Source: Candidatus Heimdallarchaeota archaeon (GTDB lineage: Archaea > Asgardarchaeota > Heimdallarchaeia > Heimdallarchaeales > Heimdallarchaeaceae). From it: a DNA stretch of 64,000 bases. The stretch spans positions 1 through 64,000 of the forward strand of contig JAEOSZ010000024.1 of assembly GCA_016840095.1 (NCBI GenBank), read 5' to 3'. The position numbers were made by a program, and so were the translations under genes. The notes below the pieces were generated by a model. The model was not told the DNA's origin. It saw nothing but the letters and a program-made list of their open reading frames with translations, and searched no databases. Position 1 is the first letter of the stretch, and every line of letters begins with the position of its first letter. This document shows, piece by piece, positions 57,959 to 64,000 of the stretch.

Positions 57959-58861
57959 ATGGCAATCGATGAGAATTATGATACAACTGGGACTCCTTAT
58001 CTTGAACAAATTTTCAAGATAGCTCAAGATAGAAGATATTCTACTGCCATTGATGTCTGGGCCATTATCCTTGATGCTGAATTTTCAAATAGACGATATG
58101 AGAGTCTAGATGGAAAATCAATAATGGGGATTACTGCATCAGACATTGCATCTAGCCTAAATATGCATCTAAGCTCAGTTTATCACAATCTGAAAATACT
58201 TCAATCTGAAGAATTAGAACTTTTAGAAACTGATGATTTACTAATCTACAACGAAAAAGGAAGAAGAGTCAAACAGAAGGTTTATCGAATCCCTAGAATC
58301 TATTATGATGAATTTAGACAGATTCTTGGAGAGCTGCATCATGAAGGATTTAGAGCTCCACATAGAAAATTCACCTTTTTCAATCTTTTAAAAATCAAAG
58401 GAATTTTATCTCATTATGCTGCACTACTTCACAAGGATAGAGTACTTGTCGATAATGAAACTGAAGAAGTTGACAATTGGTATCTAGATTGGATGAATCC
58501 AATTAATTTACGAAATAATGTTGTTACACCTGGTGTTCTCTATAAATTCGCAAAAGAAGATATGAATAAAATTTTAAATAGTATAATTGATATTCTTGAA
58601 GATTATAAAGAAAGTTATAGTGAAGAACATGAAGCAAAAGGGATATTACCAATTTCTTTTACTTACTTGGTTTTAGTTCCTTACACTCAAAAAATGAGAG
58701 AAGGAGAATGGATGAATAGAGAAGAATACGAGGAAAGAATTGCTGAATCTTTAGCTAAAACTGCAAAAGACGACTTGCTTGAATGTAGAAAAGATCATGA
58801 TACCTTTTTCAGATATGGACTCGCATGTCCGGTTTGTGGAGAGAAACCGAAAAAGACCTAA
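57959..58861 (+). CDS. Winged-HTH (ArsR-like) regulator with C-terminal zinc ribbon
   Basis: TASDIASSLNMHLSSVYHNLKIL...QKVYR; C-terminal CRKDH...CPVC. Confidence 0.7.
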   Translation: MAIDENYDTTGTPYLEQIFKIAQDRRYSTAIDVWAIILDAEFSNRRYESLDGKSIMGITASDIASSLNMHLSSVYHNLKILQSEELELLETDDLLIYNEKGRRVKQKVYRIPRIYYDEFRQILGELHHEGFRAPHRKFTFFNLLKIKGILSHYAALLHKDRVLVDNETEEVDNWYLDWMNPINLRNNVVTPGVLYKFAKEDMNKILNSIIDILEDYKESYSEEHEAKGILPISFTYLVLVPYTQKMREGEWMNREEYEERIAESLAKTAKDDLLECRKDHDTFFRYGLACPVCGEKPKKT

Positions 58862-58868
58862 GAGTGTA

Positions 58869-59648
58869 TTATCCTAATATTTGACCAGAATCTATTCTAA
58901 TAACTTGACCATGGATATGACTTGTGGTCAATAGCAATTTTATCAGAGGATAAATATCTTCAGGATCCAAAGATTGCTTCATTGGATTTTTACTTTTGAT
59001 TTTATTCACAATATTTTCATAAGTATCTTCAGATTCTGTTGCTTTATATTTAAGCTCATCAACATGCCGATCAGTCATAACATACCCAGGAGCAATAGTG
59101 TTTGTAATGATATTATATTCAGCTCCTTCCAGAGCAAAAGATAAAGTTAGATTATGAATTGCAGCTTTAGCAACGCCATAAGGCATTTTTTTCATAGAAG
59201 GTCTTAATCCAGTAGTTGAACCAAAGAAGACTATATTTCCTCCGTTGTGCTCTTTCATCCAGATATATCCTTCTCTACCTATAAGGAAAGTTGAATCAAG
59301 ATTAACTGCTAAAACTTGTCTAAAGTCAGTATAGCTGATATCTTCTATAGTTTTGCTAAATAAACTTCCTCCTACAAAAATTAATAGTCCGTCTATCTTT
59401 GGTGTGAGTAGTTTGACTTCATTGAACGCTTCTATGACACTACTTTCGGAAGTATAATCGCATTCTACAAAATCAATTGAATATCCGTTTTGATTTAGTA
59501 CATCAACAAATTCCTTACTATTTTTTCCACCTATACCAATAACCCTGAAGTAATCTTTTATTAGTCTCTCTGTAACGATTTTTCCAATTCCACTTCCAGG
59601 AGCAGCAATTAAAACAGTTTTTTGATATTCTTGTGCCATTTTATCCAA
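58869..59648 (-). CDS. Short-chain dehydrogenase/reductase
   Basis: APGSGIG, VNL, YGVAK, NTIAPG..T, GQVI.ID.G. Confidence 0.9.
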   Translation of the reverse strand: MDKMAQEYQKTVLIAAPGSGIGKIVTERLIKDYFRVIGIGGKNSKEFVDVLNQNGYSIDFVECDYTSESSVIEAFNEVKLLTPKIDGLLIFVGGSLFSKTIEDISYTDFRQVLAVNLDSTFLIGREGYIWMKEHNGGNIVFFGSTTGLRPSMKKMPYGVAKAAIHNLTLSFALEGAEYNIITNTIAPGYVMTDRHVDELKYKATESEDTYENIVNKIKSKNPMKQSLDPEDIYPLIKLLLTTSHIHGQVIRIDSGQILG

Positions 59649-59753
59649 CTATACTAGATTTTCAAGATGTTAAGTTTTTTTATGATTCAAATTTGAGGGC
59701 AATATTTAAGGAGAAGGAAAAATTATGTAAACTCAAATCTTGAGTGATTAATA

Positions 59754-60404
59754 ATGGAAACAGAAATATTTTCAGTAAATATTGACCAACTTAACTTGAA
59801 TAAGATTCGAGAGGTAGCTAATGCGATTTCAGATGGACATATTGTTGCATTTCCAACTGACACCTTATATGGTATGGGGTGTGATGTTTTCAATGAAGAA
59901 GCTGTAAGAACTTTGTATGAAATCAAAGGGAGACCAACAAATAAGCCAATTAATGTGTTGATCTCGAGTGTAGACCAAGTATATGATGTCGCAAAGAATA
60001 TTAAACCCTTGTTCTTCAATTTAGCTGAGAAATTTTGGCCAGGAGCTTTAACTCTAGTAGTTGAAAAAAACACACAAGTTAGTAACGTTGTAACTTCAGG
60101 ACTAGCTTCTGTTGGTGTTCGTTTTCCAGATAATAAAATAGTACAAGAGCTAATCAATATAACTCACACACCTTTAGCTACTACTAGTGCTAACATTGCT
60201 GAAGAACCAAGCGCAACTAAAGCTAAAGAGGTACTCGAATATTTCAATGGAAAGATACCATATATTATTGATGGAGGTACTGTTGAAATAGGACAAGCTT
60301 CTACAATTGTAGATATTTCTTCTAAACCTCCCAAAGTAGTAAGACACGGTGCTATACCTTATGCTGAATTAAAACCTCATATCCGAGGATTAAGAAAGGA
60401 ATAG
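59754..60404 (+). CDS. tsaC: Threonylcarbamoyl-AMP synthase (TsaC/Sua5 YrdC domain only)
   Basis: AFPTDTLYG, KGRP.NKP, FWPGALT, TSAN, STIVD, VRHGA. Confidence 0.93.
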   Translation: METEIFSVNIDQLNLNKIREVANAISDGHIVAFPTDTLYGMGCDVFNEEAVRTLYEIKGRPTNKPINVLISSVDQVYDVAKNIKPLFFNLAEKFWPGALTLVVEKNTQVSNVVTSGLASVGVRFPDNKIVQELINITHTPLATTSANIAEEPSATKAKEVLEYFNGKIPYIIDGGTVEIGQASTIVDISSKPPKVVRHGAIPYAELKPHIRGLRKE

Positions 60405-60465
60405 GTAAAAAAGTACCAAATATAATCTTTTTAAAGAGGGAGAAAAATATACTAGGTTGATTTAA

Positions 60466-61104
60466 ATGACAACAGAAGTTGTATTCTGGGATGTAGATAC
60501 TCAAGTAGATTTCATGAATTCAGAAGGAAAACTGTATGTACCTGGTGCTGAAAATCTGAAAGGAAATCTAGAGAAACTCACTCAATTTGCTAGAATGAAC
60601 AACATTCGTATTCTTGGTTCAGTAGATTTTCATTCTGACACCGATCCTGAAATCGAGAAAGAGAATCCAGATTTTGAAGAGACTTTCCCCCCTCATTGCA
60701 TGCAAAATGATCCAGGTCAAGAGAAGATAATTGAAACAAGATCTGATTTAACTCAATGGATTGATCCTGTTACATATCCAGATGAAAAACTAGAAAGAAT
60801 CATCGCATCTAAAGGACCAATTATCATAAGAAAAACAGCACTAAGCGCTTTTTCAAATCCAAATTTAATGCCGTTAATTGGATTAATCAAACCTCAAAAA
60901 ATAGTTATTTATGGAGTAGCAATTGACTTCTGTGTTAAAACAGCAATTGAGGGATTTCTCAACTTTGGAAATTTAGAGATTTATCTTGTTATAGATGCAA
61001 TTGAAGGGATAAATGAAGAAGAATCAAGAAGATTAATAGAAGAGTGGATACAAAAAGGGGTTCATACTGTTACAACGGAAGCAGTTCTTCAGGGATATAT
61101 TTGA
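60466..61104 (+). CDS. pncA: Nicotinamidase/isochorismatase family hydrolase
   Basis: DVDTQVDF, D.H, FPPHC, K, GVAIDFCV. Confidence 0.82.
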   Translation: MTTEVVFWDVDTQVDFMNSEGKLYVPGAENLKGNLEKLTQFARMNNIRILGSVDFHSDTDPEIEKENPDFEETFPPHCMQNDPGQEKIIETRSDLTQWIDPVTYPDEKLERIIASKGPIIIRKTALSAFSNPNLMPLIGLIKPQKIVIYGVAIDFCVKTAIEGFLNFGNLEIYLVIDAIEGINEEESRRLIEEWIQKGVHTVTTEAVLQGYI

Positions 61105-61111
61105 AAATATT

Positions 61112-61447
61112 CTAGAATGTAAGTTGATACCATCCTTCTTTCAACATTTCAGTTACAAATGTTCCAACATACCGGACATCTATGCCGATTTTTTCAAGTT
61201 CATCGCTGACTCCAAAATTATCACTACAAGCTTTACAAGCATAAACTTCTACACCTGCAACTTGCCAAGCTTTTATCAACTCTTGAAATTTTCTATCTTC
61301 AGCAGCCATCTTTTCTGTAGGTCCCCATAATATCACGCGAACCTGATCCATCCAACCTTGTTTTTTTGAGTTGAACGCATAAGGAAAACTTAATTCTTCA
61401 TGCACTACTTTATCAGCTGAACTTAGAATCATAAACACTCTATCCAT
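61112..61447 (-). CDS. DsrE-family protein
   Basis: VILWGP, ACKACSD.FGV. Confidence 0.85.
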   Translation of the reverse strand: MDRVFMILSSADKVVHEELSFPYAFNSKKQGWMDQVRVILWGPTEKMAAEDRKFQELIKAWQVAGVEVYACKACSDNFGVSDELEKIGIDVRYVGTFVTEMLKEGWYQLTF

Positions 61448-61542
61448 AAATTTTCAAATCTTCTTCAATTTAAAACAATTGAGTTTTTACAATTTTGTAA
61501 GTTGTTAATATTTATATGTCGACATTGAGAATTTGCTTAACT

Positions 61543-61986
61543 ATGAAGAAAAGAATAATTGTGTTACTGATACTCAGCTTAACGATTTACTTTGCAGGTT
61601 CAAGCAGGGCTCATTCACCCACTAGTATAGAAATAGATTATGATTTTGAAACAAGCATACTCACAGTTACGGTTTATCACTCAGTTACTGAGCCAGATAT
61701 TCACTATATCAATCAAATAGATGTATGGGTTAATGATATTCTAAATACAACAGAATACTATTCTAGACAATTTGAAACTACTTATCAATATGATACATTT
61801 AATATTACGGCAAATCATAGTGACACTATCAAAATCAAGGCTCATTGCAATGTTTCTGGAAGTCTAATTGATGAATTTATATTACAAGATCCTGTAATTC
61901 CTGAATTTGGAATTATTATTCCATTAATACTATTCACACTACTGAGTGCACTTCTAGGATTAAAAATTAGTAAGAAGAATAGTTAA
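61543..61986 (+). CDS. Secreted His-rich Ig-like protein with PEF-CTERM-like sorting tail
   Basis: Signal peptide, AHSP...H.V...HYI...HC...G (desulfoferrodoxin-like), then IPEF + TM + KK. Confidence 0.7.
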   Translation: MKKRIIVLLILSLTIYFAGSSRAHSPTSIEIDYDFETSILTVTVYHSVTEPDIHYINQIDVWVNDILNTTEYYSRQFETTYQYDTFNITANHSDTIKIKAHCNVSGSLIDEFILQDPVIPEFGIIIPLILFTLLSALLGLKISKKNS

Positions 61987-62098
61987 TTTCATTTTTTTCA
62001 TCTTCATTTAGAATTTATTTAAATGTATTATTCACTAAATAATTGATTTAGTTGCACCTATTAGAGCTAAGTGTTTCAAATTTACAATTAAAACCTTT

Positions 62099-62269
62099 TT
62101 ACTCTCTTTTTTTTATTTCAAAAGAATATTTTTCCTTATCAATAATATGACAAACTGCACAGTTACTACAAGAACTACTGCAACTTCCTTGTGACAAAAA
62201 AATCTTTGCTAATCTTCTCCTAGCTTTCATCCAGAATGAAATTTCGGTAGTATTTTCTTTATCAGTCAT
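62099..62269 (-). CDS. FeoB-associated Cys-rich small protein (56 aa)
   Basis: MTDKENTTEISFWMKARRRLAKIFLSQGSCSSSCSNCAVCHIIDKEKYSFEIKKRE; GGTGA SD overlapping the feoB stop. Confidence 0.7.
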   Translation of the reverse strand: MTDKENTTEISFWMKARRRLAKIFLSQGSCSSSCSNCAVCHIIDKEKYSFEIKKRE

Positions 62270-62277
62270 ATTATCAC

Positions 62278-64000
62278 CTATAATATTGCAGTAAATATCT
62301 GAAACACTATCACTGTTAGAATAATCGTAACTATCAATGGATAGAAGAAACCAAGTGCTGTCATCTTCCAGCTTTTTGTTTCTGATTTAATTGTAGCCAT
62401 GGTTGCAAAACATGGTGCATATGTTAGCTGAAACAATAGGAAGGATATTGCTTGAGGTATTGACCAGCTAGCTTTCAAAGCTGTCACAACACTTCCACCT
62501 CCTGAATAGAGGATACTAAGAGCAGAGATAATAGCTTCTTTGGCAGGAATTCCAAAAAGTAAAGGGACAACCATTTTCCAGTCAAATCCAAATAAAGGTT
62601 TAGTGATTACTGATAATCCTCTTCCAATGTATCCTGCAATTGTATATTCAGGAGCAACTCCAAATGGTATATTACTTATGAACCAAATTAAAATTGATGC
62701 AAGAAAAATGAAAGTTCCAGCTTTCTTTAGAAAAACACCTGCTTTTTCCCAAGTTAAGTGTAAAACATTTCGTATTCTGGGACGTCTATATTCAGGTAGC
62801 TCCATTATCAATGGAAGCGGATCTTCTTTCCTATAAAAGATTTTGAATAGAAATCCAGTGAATAAAACTAGAAGAATACTTACTCCATATAATGAAAGCA
62901 TAATAAGAGCTGCTAACCAAGGTTGAAAGAAAATACCTGTTATAAAAGCTATAACTCCTAATCTAGCAGCACAAGGAATGAAGGAATTTGCTATTATCAT
63001 TGCAGTTCGATCCCGCTGATTCTTTACTGTTCTTGTAGCCATAATACCAGCTACATTACATCCAAATCCCATAATTAGACTTAGAAAAGATGATCCTTGC
63101 ATTCCAAATTTACCCATGACTCTGTCCATCAAATAGGCTGAACGAGCAAGATAGCCAGAGTCTTCTAAAAGTGCTATTAGAGCATAGAAAATCAAAATTA
63201 TAGGGATAAAAAGAATAACTGCTGCTATACCTGCTATTACACCATCAACTAACAAACTATTCAAAAATGCAGGACTATTAGCACTTTCAAGAGAAGTCAT
63301 AACCCAAGTGGAAAATTGTACAACTACCCAATCAATTCCATCAATAATTGGAGATGAAGCATAGAAAGTCAATAAGAAGAATGCTGCAAAAATAGCTATT
63401 AGGATTGGATAACCCCAGATTTTGTGGAGAAGAACTCTATCAAATTTATCACTTACTGTTTCTTTGAAATCTTCATAACCTTGAAGTGCATCATGAACAA
63501 TATGATGTAAAGCACTATATTTCCTCTTAGAAATTTCAGTTGCAGGATCAAACTTTTCTTCTTTTGCAAGTTGAGCAATTTTAGTTTCCATGTCTTCTAA
63601 ATCATATTCTTTCGCTAATTCATCCTTAACTAAAGAATCACCCTCCAAAACTCTAAAAGCAATCCATCGAGTTGGATACTTTGTCATTGTTTCTCTATCT
63701 TCAATCTGAGTTGAGATATTTTGAATCATGTACTCAATTTTGGGAGAATAGACCACCATAGCGGGATTGAAAAGATATTTCTTCGTGTGTAATGCATCAT
63801 AGATGAATTTTTTGATACGAATTATACTATCATCCTCATATGCACAAACATAGACTATAGGTACTCCAAGTTTTTTCTCTAAAAGCTGAGTATCTATATC
63901 AATGCATTCTTTCTCAGCTATGTCTTTCATATTAATTATAATTGCTACATTATCTGTTAGCTCCATAGCTTGAAGAGCAATAAAGAGTGTTCTCTCCAAT
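62278..64000 (-). CDS. feoB: Ferrous iron transporter B (5'-truncated by the window end)
   Basis: ER.L, NM.D, LEDSGYLAR, GFGCNV, PCAARL, MELP.YR.P, AKE, PCFAT. Confidence 0.96.
   Translation of the reverse strand, partial: LERTLFIALQAMELTDNVAIIINMKDIAEKECIDIDTQLLEKKLGVPIVYVCAYEDDSIIRIKKFIYDALHTKKYLFNPAMVVYSPKIEYMIQNISTQIEDRETMTKYPTRWIAFRVLEGDSLVKDELAKEYDLEDMETKIAQLAKEEKFDPATEISKRKYSALHHIVHDALQGYEDFKETVSDKFDRVLLHKIWGYPILIAIFAAFFLLTFYASSPIIDGIDWVVVQFSTWVMTSLESANSPAFLNSLLVDGVIAGIAAVILFIPIILIFYALIALLEDSGYLARSAYLMDRVMGKFGMQGSSFLSLIMGFGCNVAGIMATRTVKNQRDRTAMIIANSFIPCAARLGVIAFITGIFFQPWLAALIMLSLYGVSILLVLFTGFLFKIFYRKEDPLPLIMELPEYRRPRIRNVLHLTWEKAGVFLKKAGTFIFLASILIWFISNIPFGVAPEYTIAGYIGRGLSVITKPLFGFDWKMVVPLLFGIPAKEAIISALSILYSGGGSVVTALKASWSIPQAISFLLFQLTYAPCFATMATIKSETKSWKMTALGFFYPLIVTIILTVIVFQIFTAIL

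Noticed and set aside
62047-62072. DtxR-like box (TTAGTTGCACCTATTAG) near feoB
   Set aside because: Weak dyad located between convergent gene ends, not in a promoter.
260-62836. Numerous 60-140 aa ORFs antisense or out of frame within longer genes (e.g. 260-454, 3698-3895, 4941-5231, 9461-9754, 18983-19234, 45539-45910, 59723-60157, 62540-62836)
   Set aside because: They lie wholly within well-supported genes, have no motifs, and show the Ser/Ile-rich composition typical of shadow frames.
1-64000. CRISPR array, tRNA/rRNA genes, IS elements or provirus
   Set aside because: No regularly spaced repeats, GC-rich structural RNA genes, transposase, integrase or capsid genes were seen by eye.

Overview
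AT-rich, gene-dense prokaryotic chromosome segment. It is best read as an archaeon, most likely Asgard (Heimdallarchaeia-like). This is an inference from TATA-box promoters with near-leaderless starts, GGTGA Shine-Dalgarno motifs, a ThiR regulator, a PEF-CTERM-like sorting tail and several eukaryote-like proteins. The most striking locus is at about 2.6-9.2 kb. A tightly packed minus-strand operon encodes a stand-alone uDENN/longin-like protein with a candidate arginine finger, an Arf-related small GTPase, a 7-TM membrane protein and a flavin-reductase/PCP_red fusion. It is followed by two paralogous longin+DENN-like proteins. Together these could form a receptor / G-protein / GAP-GEF module. 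Other notable items: a promoter-driven three-way-junction RNA candidate (about 2540-2600); a membrane-anchored RING protein; three paralogues of an unrecognised multi-pass membrane family; a duplicated zinc-ribbon/tail-anchor module with one frameshifted copy; a catalytically dead archaemetzincin; bacterial-type LigA and RNase III; two orphan N6-adenine MTases; a thiR-thiBPQ-(thiK-like) regulon with two matching palindromic operators; and three small ORFs missed by the ORF track. No rRNA, tRNA, CRISPR array or transposase was recognised. All family calls are by-eye motif recognition; no searches were run.
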